NCBI GenBank assembly: GCA_002269645.1
Contig: NIVC01000309.1
Coordinates: 372,001-436,000, forward strand
Direction of reading: 5' to 3'
DNA length: 64,000 nucleotides
DNA from: Macrostomum lignano
Taxonomy: Eukaryota
Under the pieces are notes generated by a model. It did no database searches. It saw nothing but the letters and a program-made list of their open reading frames with translations, and was not told the DNA's origin. Below, one piece after another: positions 16,401 to 28,614 of the stretch. The first letter of the stretch is position 1, and each line of letters opens with the position of its first letter. The position numbers and the translations under genes are program-made.

Positions 16401-17364
16401 TGTTGGGTGGCACATCTATTCTACTCTAATAGAGAATGGCACATCTATTCTACTCTAATAGAAAATGGCACATCCATTTTACTCTAATAGAAAATGGCAC
16501 ATCTATTCTACTCTAATAGAAAATGGCACATCTATTCTACTCTAATAGAAAATGGCACATCTATTCTACTCTAATAGAAAATGGCACATCTATTTTACTC
16601 TAATAGAAAATGGCACATCCATTTTACTCTAATAGAAAATGGCACATCTATTCTACTCTGATAGAAAATGGCACATCTATTCTACTCTGATAGAAAATGG
16701 CACATCTATTCTACTCTAATAGAAAATGGCACATCTATTTTACTCTAATAGAAAATGGCACATCTATTCTACTCTAATAGAAAATGGCACATCTATTTTA
16801 CTCTAATAGAAAATGGCACATCCATTTTACTCTAATAGAAAATGGCACATCTATTCTACTCTGATAGAAAATGGCACATCTATTCTACTCTGATAGAAAA
16901 TGGCACATCTATTCTACTCTAATAGAAAATGGCACATCTATTCTACTCTAATAGAAAATGGCACATCTATTCTACTCTAATAGAAAATGACACATCTATT
17001 CTACTCTGATAGAAAATGGCACATCTATTGTATTAGAAAGCGGCAGCTAACCAACCTTCTAGCCACATCAAGTAGCAGAGTCTCCGCAGTGTCTGGCAGC
17101 CGAAAGCCGCCGCTGCCGCCGCCGCCGTCGTTGGTGCACTTGGCCAGAGCGTCCCGCACAGTCAGCTGCATTCGCCTGCACTGATCCAGCGGCTGGCCCA
17201 GCCGGGCCGCCAGCTCAGCCGGCGGGGTCAGCAGGCAGTGGCGGACCAGGCAGAGACCCGCTCCCAGCAGACGGGACTTCAACTCGCTTGGCAGCGGCAG
17301 GCTGCGGATGTCCTCCTCCTGGAGTCCGTGGAGGTCATGGGGGTCGCGTCGTCTCTCTACTCAT
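13411..17364 (-). CDS. RAD51C: DNA repair protein RAD51 homolog C
   Basis: Exons about 17364-17056, 16373-16016, 14605-14102 and 13458-13411. N-terminal [20 protein letters not shown], Walker [28 protein letters not shown], Walker [34 protein letters not shown], and C-terminal VFQ|VCAVGVRD matching human LFQIKPQGFRD. The start codon is out of frame by 1 nt at a G5 run (17339-17343), and the last intron has a GC donor. Confidence 0.92.
13575..14100. repeat. Intronic dimeric minisatellite (two ~27-bp subunits built on GCAGAAGACACC)
   Basis: Direct inspection; fills RAD51C intron 3 starting at the donor. Confidence 0.9.
14705..15880. repeat. Intronic purine-rich 16-bp minisatellite GAATGGGGAAGAGAGT
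   Basis: Direct inspection; RAD51C intron 2. It explains the Phe/Pro/Ser insert in ORF 13784-16366. Confidence 0.95.
16378..17030. repeat. Intronic 29-bp minisatellite AAAATGGCACATCTATTCTACTCTAATAG, about 22 copies
   Basis: Direct inspection; RAD51C intron 1. Confidence 0.95.
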
Positions 17365-17479
17365 ACTAATGCAGCCACTATTGAAGTCTGACTCAATGCC
17401 TACAATCTAATTGATAAATTCAGGACTGAGATCAGAATGAGATATTAGAAAAAAGTATACACAATACAAAAAAAAATGT

Positions 17480-17534
17480 ACACAGACAAGACAGATGGAT
17501 AGATAGACAGGCAGTCAGACAGAGACAAAGACAC

Positions 17535-17591
<57 letters not shown>

Positions 17592-17649
17592 GAGACAGAC
17601 AGACAGACAGACAGGCAGACAGACAGACAGACAAGCAGACAAACAGACA

Positions 17650-17699
<50 letters not shown>

Positions 17700-17761
17700 C
17701 GGGCAGACAGACAGACAGACAGACAGGCAGACAGACAGACAGACAAGCAGACAGACAGACA

Positions 17762-17811
<50 letters not shown>

Positions 17812-18210
17812 CGGGCAGACAGACAGACAGGCACTGAGACAGACACACACACACACACACACACAGACAGACAGATGGACAGACCGATGGACAGACTAGA
17901 TAAAGCAGAAAAAAGATAGACAGATGGAAAAAGACAGGGCAAAGACAGGGCAAAAACAGGACAAAAACAGGACAAAGACGGGAGAAAGACAGGACAACAA
18001 AGACAGGACGAAGACAGGACAAAGACAGGATTAACAAAGACAGGACGAAGACAGGACAAAGACAGGATTAACAAAGACAGGACGAAGACAGGACAAAGAC
18101 AGGATTAACAAAGACAGGACAAAGACAGGACAAAGACAGGAGAAAGACAGTACAACAAAGACAGGACGAAGATAGGACAAAGACAGGATAATAAAGACAG
18201 GACAAAGACA
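17480..18210. repeat. (GACA)n/(GGCA)n microsatellites followed by AAAGACAGGAC-based repeats
   Basis: Direct inspection. They lie in a probable 5'-UTR intron of RAD51C (minus-strand donor GTGAGT at 18219, acceptor TTGTAG at 17400). Confidence 0.9.
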
Positions 18211-18924
18211 CGCACTCACAAATAAGGCAGAAGATGGCACTGTCAGACGCAATAGAAGACAGAAACTCAAAAAGCAAAAACACGCAGAGATCTCTAATCG
18301 AACGTTTAGCCCCTTCCTACAATATACGAGCTATTAATAAAGCACAACCAAGGCGAAAGCAGCGAATGAATTATAGCGGCCCAGCAATAAAAGTTAATTT
18401 GCATCGGAGCGGCAGGCAGTGGCAGACAGGCAGTTCAGAGAGACAGCACGCATTGCCTGTAGATTCAGCTGTAGATTCAGCTGTAAATCGCTTGAAAACA
18501 GGGAGCAGAGGCACCGACCAGACAGGGATCAGGGAGAGCTGAACTGGGGAGTAGGGGGGGGAACAGAAAATCGATAGCTGATCCGGAACTCGCCGAGCTA
18601 ATCGGGACAGAGAAGCGGAGCAGCGGCCCACTCTGTGTTGCAATTTTTCTGTTCGTTTATAAGAGCAAAAAAATGTCCAGAAAGCGCTAAAAAATTTTTC
18701 CCACAATTGGGGTTGGTGCAGGGAGAGGACAGAGAAACTGCTCAAAAGCCCAACTCAATAATGCGAAGTGCAAGTCTGCTGTGATTTCTAGTTTTTCTTG
18801 CTGCAAGGAAAAGGAAAAACCTGGTATAATAAAGAACTCCCAAGGGTAGCACCACTTGCATAGCAACTACAGCCAACTTGAAAACTAAGAGAAATAAAGA
18901 GCTACTCAGCTTCAGACACAAAAT

Positions 18925-20542
18925 ATGCCAGGACCAGATGATGAGCCAATTCATAATGGCACTCTGACCGTGATCAGAAAGATCGGTGAGTACATTCGGG
19001 AAGTAGACAGTAGAATGATAGTTTAGAGAGAAGTAGACGATATTAATAAAGGATAAGTGAGCATGAGAAGTAGACTGGTGGAAGGAGGATCAGGAATAGG
19101 AGATAATCGACAGGGGAAGTGAGAGTGGCAGAGAGAAGTAGACAGGGGAAGTGAGAGTGGCAGAGAGAAGTAGACAGGGGAAGTGAAAGTGGCAGAGAGA
19201 AGTAGACAGGGGAAGTGAGAGTGGCAGAGAGAAGTAGACAGGGGAAGTGTGTGGCAGATAGAAGTAGACAGGGGAAGTGAGAGTGGCAGAAAGAAGTAGA
19301 CAGGGGAAGAGAGAGTGGCAGAGAGAAGTAGACAGAGGGAGTAAGAGTGACAGAGAGAAGTAGACAGGGGAAGTGAGAGTGGCAGAGAGAAGTAGACAGG
19401 GGAAGTGAGTGGCAGATAGAAGTAGACAGGGGAAGTGAGTGGCAGATAGAAGTAGACAGGGGAAGTGAGTGGCAGAGAGAAGTAGACAGGGGAAGTGAGA
19501 GTGGCAGATAGAAGTAGACAGGGAAGTGAGTGGCAGAGAGAAGTAGACAGGGTAAGTGAGTGGGCAGAGAGAAGTAGACAGGGAAGTGAGTGGCAGAGAG
19601 AAGTAGACAGGGTAAGTGAGTGGCAGAGAGAACTAGACAGGGGAAGTGAGAGTGGCAGAGAGAAGTAGACAGGGGAAGTGAGAGTGGCAGAGAGAAGTAG
19701 ACAGGGGAAGTGAGAGTGGCAGAGAGAAGTAGACAGGGGAAGTGAGTGGCAGAGAGAAGTAGACAGGGTAAGTGAGTGGGCAGAGAGAAGTAGACAGGGA
19801 AGTGAGTGGCAGAGAGAAGTAGACAGGGTAAGTGAGTGGCAGAGAGAAGTAGACAGAGAAGTGAGTGGGCAGAGAGAAGTAGACAGGGTAAGTGAGTGGC
19901 AGAGAGAAGTAGACAGAGAAGTGAGTGGGCAGAGAGAAGTAGACAGGGAAGTGAGTGGCAGAGAGAAGTAGACAGGGGAAGTGAGAGTGGCAGAGAGAAG
20001 TAGACAGGGAAGTGAGTGGGCAGAGAGAAGTAGACAGGGAAGTGAGTGGCAGAGAGAAGTAGACAGGGGAAGTGAGAGTGGCAGATAGAAGTAGACAGGG
20101 GAAGTGAGTGGCAGAGAGAAGTAGACAGGGAAGTGAGTGGCAGATAGAAGTAGACAGGGGAAGTGAGTGGCAGATAGAAGTAGACAGGGGAAGTGGGAGT
20201 CGCAGAGTAGACATGGGAGTTGCTGACTGCTTCCCCATATAATTGCAGTGCCGATTTACACGTGGGGATTTCTGCTGCTAGTCTGCTTCCTATTCATAAT
20301 GCTGCTATTCGCATTTCTCTACATGGAGCAGCTGCTATGCTTCGGCTATTGCAAAGGTCGCACCTGTTGCGACACCAAATCTAGCGGTGAGTTTGAGATA
20401 GCAATTTTTGTTTTCAATTGTTATTTATTGCGAGATTTTTCTACTTCAAAGTAGCATGTACTTGAGATAGATAAGGCACTATCGTTCGGAAAGCTTCTAT
20501 CCTTTGCGTTGAACAACATTCTAGCCTCAAAGTTGGACGTCA
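18925..20542 (+). CDS. Unassigned small single-pass membrane protein (3' end unresolved)
   Basis: Exons 18925-18985, 20249-20386 and an 18-nt microexon 20525-20542, with strong GTGAGT/GTAAGT donors and consistent phase 1. Protein: MPGPDDEPIHNGTLTVIRKIV-PIYTWGFLLLVCFLFIMLLFAFLYMEQLLCFGYCKGRTCCDTKSS-ASKLDV..., with an NGT sequon, one TM helix and a Cys-rich juxtamembrane segment. Confidence 0.55.
19108..20210. repeat. Intronic 29-32 bp minisatellite GAGAAGTAGACAGGGGAAGTGAGAGTGGCAGA
   Basis: Direct inspection. Confidence 0.95.
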
Positions 20543-20761
20543 GTAAGTAAAATTTATGCGCACTGGTGATTACCCTTAGTAGCTAGCAAATGATTATAAA
20601 AATGTTTCTTTTTGTCGCTCTTGCTTGATATTATTCAACCTTTGCTTGAGCATTTCGGTGAAAGACCGAAGCATAAAAGGAGACAGGGGGTGTGCTTTCA
20701 AGTTGAGAACCTCTGTGCTGATGCTTATTTAAATCAACTACGAAACCCTTCTTTGCAGGCC

Positions 20762-21684
20762 ACAGATACCCGCTTTGGTAGATCCAGATACCCACTTTGT
20801 AGACTCAAATATCCATTTGTTAGACCTAGATAACCACGTGATAGACTCAGATACCTACTTGGTAGCCCTAGATACTCACTTTGTAGACCCAGATACCCAC
20901 TTGGTAGACCCAGATACCAACTTGGTAGCCCTAGATACCCACTTTGTAGACCCAGATACCCACTTGGTAGACTCAGATACCAACTTGGTAGCCCCAGATA
21001 CCAACTTGGTAGCCCTAGATACCCACTTTGTAGACCCAGATACCCACTTGGTAGACTCAGATACCAACTTGGTAGCCCCAGATACCAACTTGGTAGCCCT
21101 AGATACCCACTTTGTAGACCCAGATACCCACTTTGTAGACCCAGATACCCACTTGGTAGATCCAGATATCCACTTGGTAGACCCAGATACCCACTTGGTA
21201 GACTCTGATACCAACTTGGTAGCCCTAGATACCCACTTTGTAGACCCAGATACCCACTTGGTAGACTCAGATACCAACTTGGTAGCCCCAGATACCAACT
21301 TGGTAGCCCTAGATACCCACTTTGTAGACCCAGATACCCACTTGGTAGACTCAGATACCAACTTGGTAGCCCCAGATACCAACTTGGTAGCCCTAGATAC
21401 CCACTTTGTAGACCCAGATACCCACTTTGTAGACCCAGATACCCACTTGGTAGATCCAGATATCCACTTGGTAGACCCAGATACCCACTTGGTAGACTCT
21501 GATACCCACTTTGTAGCCCTAGATACCCACTTTGTAGACCCAGATACCCACTTGGTAGACCTAGATACCCACTTGGGTAGACTCTGATACCCACTTGGTA
21601 GACCCAGATACCCACTTTGTAGACCCAGATACCCATTTGGTAGACTCTGATACCCACTTTTTAGACCCAGATACCCACTTGGTA
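20762..21684. repeat. 21-bp minisatellite GGTAGACCCAGATACCCACTT with a 294-bp higher-order period
   Basis: Direct inspection; variant GATCCAGATATCC at 21159 and 21453. Confidence 0.95.
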
Positions 21685-22357
21685 GTCGCCATAACCACTG
21701 TGCAACCTCATATCAAGAATGGAAAACGCATATTTTGCACTAATTTGTTATTTTTACTTAATTAATACTCCACACAGACAATTCCTGATAACTATTAACT
21801 AACTAGTGTTTCGAAAATTGTTATTTTGCAAGGCAAATGTGTGAAAGGTTATTAATATTAACTCTTATATAAACTAACATCCTACCCAAGTTGCTTATGA
21901 ATAAGAATTAAAAATAGTAACACACAAGACTCAGTTAAGTCCAATCAAAAAAGGAAATTCTTTCACAGCATTATTCGGCAGTCAGAAATAAGGTTAAACA
22001 AACAGAGCCAAGGTTTTATTATTACAATTTTCGCCAGTCTGAAGAGGTGTTGAAAATTATTTTATTATTTAATTAGCCAGATATAGAACTCAGACCAGAA
22101 GATTGAATGCTTAAATATTATTGGCCATCATCATTTATAACTTATACGCAGAGGCATTAGGAGACAAGTGTAAATAATAGTAAAATGCCGCGTCGAAGCA
22201 ATGCAAATTGAATACTATTTATAGTAGTACAAGTAGGTTAAACAGAGGGGTTTTTGCAACAGTTTCCGGACTGCGAAACCATTTGAGATGCAGAGCAAAT
22301 CTTGCATTAATTTTTTCAATCATGACGTAAGAATGCGTTTCATGAAAGAACTGTCAG

Positions 22358-23195
22358 TAGAAGGGTCTGTGGGTCTGTAGAAGGGTCTGTAGGAGGGGTC
22401 TGTAGAAGGTTCTGTAAGAGGGGTCTGTAGAAGTGTCTGTAGGAGGGGTCTGTAGAAGGGTCTGTAAGAGGGGTCTGTAGAAGTGTCTGTAGGAGGGGTC
22501 TGTAGAAGGGTCTGTAGGAGGGGTCTGTAGAAGGGTCTGTAGGGGGGGGGTCTGTAGAAGGGTCTGTAGGAGGGGTCTGTAGAAGGGTCTGTAGGAGGGG
22601 TCTGTAGAAGGGTCTGTAGGAGGGGTCTGTAGAAGGGTCTGTAGGAGGGGTCTGTAGGAGGGGTCTGTAGAAGGGTCTGTAGGAGGGGTCTGTAGGAGGG
22701 GTCTGTAGAAGGGTCTGTAGGAGGGGTCTGTAGAAGGGTCTGTTGGAGGGGTCTGTAGGAGGGGTCTGTAGGAGGGGTCTGTAAGAGGGGTCTGTACAAG
22801 GGTCTGTAGGAGGGGTCTGTCGGAGGGGTCTGTAGAAGAGTCTGTAGGAGGGGTCTGTAGAAGGGTCTGTAGAAGGGTCTGTAGGAGGGGTCTGTAGAAG
22901 GGTCTGTAGGAGGGGTATGTTGGGTCTGTAGAAGGGTCTGTAGGGGTCTGTAGGAGGGGTCCGTCGGAGGGGTCTGTAGAAGAGTCTGTAGGAGGGGTCT
23001 GTAGAAGGGTCTGTAGAAGGGTCTGTAAAAGGGTCTGTAGGAGGGGTCTGTAGAAGGGTCTGTAGGAGGGGTCTGTTGGGTCTGTAGAAGGGTCTGTAGG
23101 AGGGGTCTGTAGGAGGGGTCTGTAGAAGGCTCGGTAGGAGGGGTCTGTAGGAGGGGTCTGTTGGAGGGGTCTGTAGAAGGGTCTGTAGGAGGGGT
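22358..23195. repeat. 12/13-bp tandem repeat TAGAAGGGTCTG / TAGGAGGGGTCTG
   Basis: Direct inspection. Confidence 0.95.
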
Positions 23196-23260
23196 CGGTC
23201 TGGTGCGACGCTCTGATGCGTCAGTGGTTTGGGGTCGATTCCAAGTTGGGGCTAAATTGG
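23195..23260 (+). mobile_element. Possible degenerate tRNA-related SINE head
   Basis: GGTCTGGTG (A-box-like) and GGGGTCGATTCC (B-box-like) at tRNA-like spacing; no tail or TSD was identified. Confidence 0.25.
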
Positions 23261-23926
23261 AATCTCGGCTTGGCTCTCTGCTCGTGCAACTAACGCCATT
23301 TGAGGGCCAACCCCAATGCACAGTGAAGTGTACATGCCTAACGATAAATAAAGTTAGGGCCGCTTTACACTCCTGTGTGAGTGTGTGCCTGTGCGTATGA
23401 CTGCATACGTATCCGCGCGCTTGTGTGCCTGCTCAGGGGAGTCGGCGGAATGGGAAGTAATGCCTCTCACCGGTTGTGGGACAATGTCGCTATTACAGTC
23501 ACTGTGGTAGTTTTCCTCTACCGTTGAAGTGCTATTGGCTCTCCTTTAGTGTGGCAGAATCTTTTGTCAATGCATTGCTTCCTTAAAGTGACAGAAAAGA
23601 TGGTCATTTTCCCCGTGTTATCCAATCAGCAAGTCGTCTATGGCAAATGTGTTTAAAACTGATACAAGTTTTGCTCAGCAAGTCAAATCATTCTGGCAGT
23701 TTTACTATTCAGAGTAACGCCCTCACAGAAAAACAAATTGAATAAACAAAAAGTTGACAGTTGTTGCCGGCCTCCTAGTGAGGCTAAAAATAGACTTTTG
23801 CTACCACCGCGCATAAATAATTTTTTTAGTCTAAAATAAAAAGCCGAGGCTTATTGTAAAATCGAATTAGATTAAAAAAATTCGCAATAAAGCCGGTGCA
23901 AGCATTAAAGAGATTAAGATGGCCTC

Positions 23927-26900
23927 TTAAAGCTTCTTTGACAACCGTCTGGCCTTCTTGCTGACTGGCTGCTGCGATTCCGCATCGCCTGCCGACCTGT
24001 CTCCCACCAGACTGGAGCCCGGCTCGGTCTTTGCTTTGATTCGCTCCGAGAGCAGCTGAGCGCCTCGATATTGACGTTTGAGCGCCGACTGGAGGGCTGT
24101 CGCAAAGCCACCGCCGCCTCCGCCCAGCAACAGGGTGGCAACGCGATCCCGGAGGCTGCAGTCTTCGGGACAGCTTTCGTACAGTCTGCGGTCGGGGCGA
24201 GGCGAATGGGTGACTGGTTGGAACTCAATAGGGAATATTGAGGAATATGGGAGAAGTATGGGGGAGGGATGGGAGAAATATGAGGGGATGAGAGAAATGT
24301 GGGGGATGAGAGAAATATAGGAAAGATGGGAGAAATATGGGGAGAATGGGAAGCCGGGAGAAATATGGGGAGAATGGGAAGCCGGGAGAAATATGGGGAG
24401 AATGGGAAGCCGGGAGAAATATGAGGAGAATGGGAAGCCGGGAGAAATATGAGGAGAATGGGAAGCCGGGAGAAATATGGGGAGAAGGGGAAGCCGGGAG
24501 AAATATGGGGAGAATGGGAAGCTGGGAGAAATATGGGGAGAATGGGAAGCCGGGAGAAATATGGTGAGAATGGGAAGCCGGGAGAAATATGGTGAGAATG
24601 GGAAGCCGGGAGAAATATGGGGAGAAGGGGAAGCCGGGAGAAATATGGGAAGAATGGGAAACCGGGAGAAATATGGGGAGAATGGGAAGCCGGGAGAAAT
24701 ATGGGGAGAATGGAAGGCTGGGAGAAATATGGGGAGAAAGGGAAAGATGGGAGGAATACAGTGCACGGAAGGTACATCAGCGGTCAGCAAGACTCACTGC
24801 AGCAGGAAGAAGCAGCCCCGGTTGCAGGCCAGCCAGGACACAATGTTCTCGTCAGTGACAAAATCGTTAATTAGTCTAACTAGATCGGGCGCCGAAGGTA
24901 GCAATCGTTTAAGCATCAGGTGGCCGGCTGAGCACTCGATAATGTGCTGTTGCTGCTGCTGCTGCTGGTCTGACTCGTCGCCAGATGATTGCGACGTGGG
25001 ATTCTGGCAGGGCACAAACGGCTGGCGGATGAGGTCGGCCAGAGCAGCGTAGCAGGCGGACTTCTCGCCTGAGGGGAGCAGATTGGTTAAGGATGAATAG
25101 TTCTGCGGCTGGGTCATTGGGTTATAGCATGGGAGCAGAGGTTCATGCAGTTTGGTCATTGGGACAGAGGGTCATGCAGTTTGGTCATTGGGACAGAGGG
25201 TCATGCAGTTTGGTCATTGGGACAGAGGGTCATGCAGTTTGATCATTGGGACAGAGGGTCATGCAGTTTGGTTATTGGGACAGAGGGTCATGCAGTTTGG
25301 TCATTGGGACAGAGGGTCATGCAGTCTGGTCATTGGGACAGAGGGTCATGCAGTCTGGTCATTGGGACAAGTCATGCAATTAGGCCATGGGTAATGATAG
25401 GATAATTGGTAATGATAGGGTCATAGGTAATGATAGGATAATTGGTAATGATAGGGTCATGGGTAATGATAGGATAATTGGTAATGATAGGGTCATGGGT
25501 AATGATAGGGTCACGGGTAACGATAGGGTAATTGGTAATGATAGGGTCATGGGTAATGATAGGATAATTGGTAATGATAGGGTCATGGGTAATGATAGGG
25601 TCACGGGTAACGATAGGGTAATTGGTAATGATAGGGTCATGGGTAATGATAGGATAATTGGTAATGATAGGGTCATGGGTAATGATAGGATAATTGGTAA
25701 TGATAGGGTCATGGGTAATGATAGGATAATTGGTAATGATAGGGTCATTGGTAATGATAGGGTCATGGGTAATGATAGGATAATTGGTAATGATAGGGTC
25801 ATGGGTAATGATAGGGTCACGGGTAACGATAGGGTAATTGGTAATGATAGGGTCATTGGTAATGATAGGGTCATGGGTAATGATAGGGTTATTGGTAATG
25901 ATAGGGTCATGGGTAATGATAGGGTCATGGGTAATGATAGGGTCATGGGTAATGATAGGGTAATTGGTAATGATAGGGTCATGGGTAATGATAGGGTCAT
26001 GGGTAATGATATGGTAATTGGTAATGATAGGGTCATTGGTAATGATATGGTCATGGGTAATGATAGGGTTATTGGTAATGATAGGGTCATGGGTAATGAT
26101 AGGGTCATGGGTAATGATAGGGTAATTGGTAATGATAGGGTAATTGGTAATGATAGGGTCATGGGTAACGATAGGGTAATTGGTAATCATTGGTAATGAT
26201 AGGGTTAGGGTCATTGGTAATAATAGGGTCATGGGTAATGATATGGTTATTGGTAATGATAGGGTCATTGATAATGATGGGGTCATGGGTAATGCATTAC
26301 CCATGGGAAGCCGGGAACCCTATCATGATAGGGTCATAGGAACTGACAGTAATGAGAAATGAGCCTCACCGGGACAGTGCCGCAGGGTGTCCTGCACAAA
26401 CAGAATGGTGCCGTTAGCTTGGCACAGTTCTGCCATCCGGCCGCTAACATGCGACAGCAGCCGGCTTGAGCACAGACTCAGAGCGCGATGAAGCCGCTCG
26501 CGAAGCTGCTCAGTAGTGACCGAGTTCTCCTCAACGGCGGATTTACCGCCAGCACCAACAGCAGCGGGCGGCAGTATCAGCGACATCAGCTGAGGAGAAA
26601 AGTGCAGAGAATCTCTAGGAGACAGCAGGTAGAGCAGCACCTTGCGGCCGAACTGGCTGTCAATCAATTCTTGAAGCGAGTCGAACAGCTCACGCAGGAC
26701 AAGTTTGTGCAGCTCCTCCGGGGTGAGCGAGTGGCGCTCGGCTAGGCTGAGCACGAACAGGTAGCCGTGCTCGTTGCATGCAGAGGTGCACAGGAATGTC
26801 TTCATGCTCTTCAGGGCCCGCTTCAGGTCTTTGTGCGACAGGTGGCGCACCACTAGCAGGGCCACTTTGACGCCCTCTCTGGCGGAGGGAGGTTGCGGTT

Positions 26901-28395
26901 GTTCAATAAATTCTGGGGGGGGGGTTTGATCCTCAATGGCATGCTCAGAGAAATATATACACTGTAAACAGACGGAAAGGCACTAAGACAGAAAGACAGA
27001 CAGACAGATACAGCCAGAGAGACAGACATACAGACAGACAGACACACACAGACAGACTGTGACACACACTCACAGACAGACACAGACAGACAGACAGACC
27101 CACCTGGTGTGCAGCATCGGCACCAGGTTTTCCCTCAGATTCTCCATCAGCGAGGCCACAGCGCTCGCATCTGCGTTCCCCTGGCAGCCGGAAGCTCCTG
27201 CTGGCACAGCCTCCTCCAGGTACTCGAGCAGCAGATGCTGCACAAGCGAATGCCTAATGAGATCTTTCTGAGTGAGCGCCAGCAGGTGCTGCTGCAGGTG
27301 CTGCATGACCAGGCCGGGCCGTTTCGTAGCCAGCGCATCCTTGAGCCGTACAATGCTGGTGGATTTGAACAGCGCCAGCTCGGGCCCGAAGAACTCCTGC
27401 AGGATGGCGGCCCGCTGTGCGGCATTGGCGAACTCATTGTAGGCGGTCTCAACCAACTCGGAGGCGAACCGGTGCTTCAACAGCTCCGGAGTTCGGCCCT
27501 CGATAGCTCTGAATACGTAGGCGCGCTGTTCCTTAGCGCCGTATTTGAGCAGTTTTTGAGCAACAAATCGGCCATACTTGGACTTGGCCAAGGCGACCAG
27601 TTGATCTTTGAGCTCTTCGAAGATTAGCCAGCGTTGCTGATCGCTGCCGCGTTTGAGCACGGCTTCGAGCACGCGGCCCGTGTCGTGCGCGGCGGCCAGC
27701 TCGGCCAGTTTGCCTCGGCCGAGTTTGAGCACAGATTCGCACAGCTCGGCCACTCGGTTGGCCGGGGTGGCCTCAATTCTCAACTCTTCCCAAGCCGTGA
27801 GCAGCTCAGACACCAAGTCGGCGTTTTTCTTCTGCTTTTTCTTTAAAGCGCGTCGTTCTTTCTTTGTCGGAGGCTGCTTTTCTTGTTGCTGCTTTTGTTG
27901 TTGCTGCTTATTAGGCTTCTTTAACTTTTTCTTGTCGGACTCGTTCAGGTCCTCGAAGATGGTGGAGTCGTTCAGATTCGAGTTCTCAAACTCGTCATCC
28001 TCGGCAGCCTCGTCGCCGTTCTCAGCGTCGTCGTCATCGCCGTCCTCCGAGCCGGACGAAGATGCCGCAGCTCGGGGTCGCTTGCGCTTCCGGTCGCCAG
28101 CGATAGCAACGGCGCCTCGCTTCTTAATAGTGCTGGCCAGGTTGGCAAGGCTGCGGCCCATGCGGGGCATCTGCCTGCCGCCAGCCTTCTTATCCACTGC
28201 CGCCGAGTTTTTATTATCCATTTGCAGCTCCGCCGTAGCCGCAGACGGTTCCGACAGTTTCCGCTTTCTGCCGCCGGGTCGAACGGCGGCAGCAGCGGCG
28301 GCGCCTTCGTTAGCACCAGAGCCGCCGAATCCAGCGGCCGACTTCAAATCCGACACTGTCTTACGAAATGCCGACGGTTTTCTGCCTAGCGGCAT
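23927..28395 (-). CDS. PUM3: Pumilio homolog 3 / Puf-A (Puf6-like nucleolar RNA-binding protein)
   Basis: Exons 28395-27104, 26878-26370, 25068-24798 and 24185-23927, phase-consistent. Motifs: AAAHDTGRVLEAVLKRGSDQQRWLIFEEL, AKSKYGRFVAQKLLKYG, HRFASELVETAYNEFA, LQEFFGPE, MLHTR|EGVKVA, FGRKVLLYLLSPRD, HIIECSAGHLMLKRL, ACNRGCF. The N-terminus is Lys/acid-rich and low-complexity. Confidence 0.92.
24318..24740. repeat. Intronic 28-bp minisatellite ATATGGGGAGAATGGGAAGCCGGGAGAA
   Basis: Direct inspection; PUM3 intron 3. Confidence 0.95.
25138..26340. repeat. Two adjacent intronic arrays: 29-bp GGTCATGCAGTTTGGTCATTGGGACAGAG (25138-25375) and 18-bp GGTAATGATAGGGTCATG (25388-26340)
   Basis: Direct inspection; PUM3 intron 2. 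Both units share GGTCAT. Confidence 0.95.
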
Positions 28396-28614
28396 TCTAT
28401 GAAACAATTTGTTAGATTCTTTTAGAAACAAAAATCAATTGATTTTTACTAGCTACTACTGCAAGTAGGCGCCGCTTAGTTCACGGATCTGAAAGGAAGC
28501 ATAGAAAAAAACTTTAAATAATGGCCTAAAAATTTCGATGCCTAAGTGAAGGCCTAGTAACGAAGTCAATGGGCATCCGTCTGAAGAATCTGGATTAAAT
28601 TTTGGTCCTAAGAC

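Noticed and set aside
20775-21587. (LVDPDTH)n ORF as the C-terminus of the small membrane gene
   Set aside because: The candidate acceptor at 20760 is out of frame with it, and the ORF is a product of a 21-bp array.
25372-26304. GNDRVM / MTLSLP / ITHDPI repeat ORFs resembling antifreeze or mucin proteins
   Set aside because: All arise from an 18-bp array inside PUM3 intron 2 and are open in several frames on both strands.
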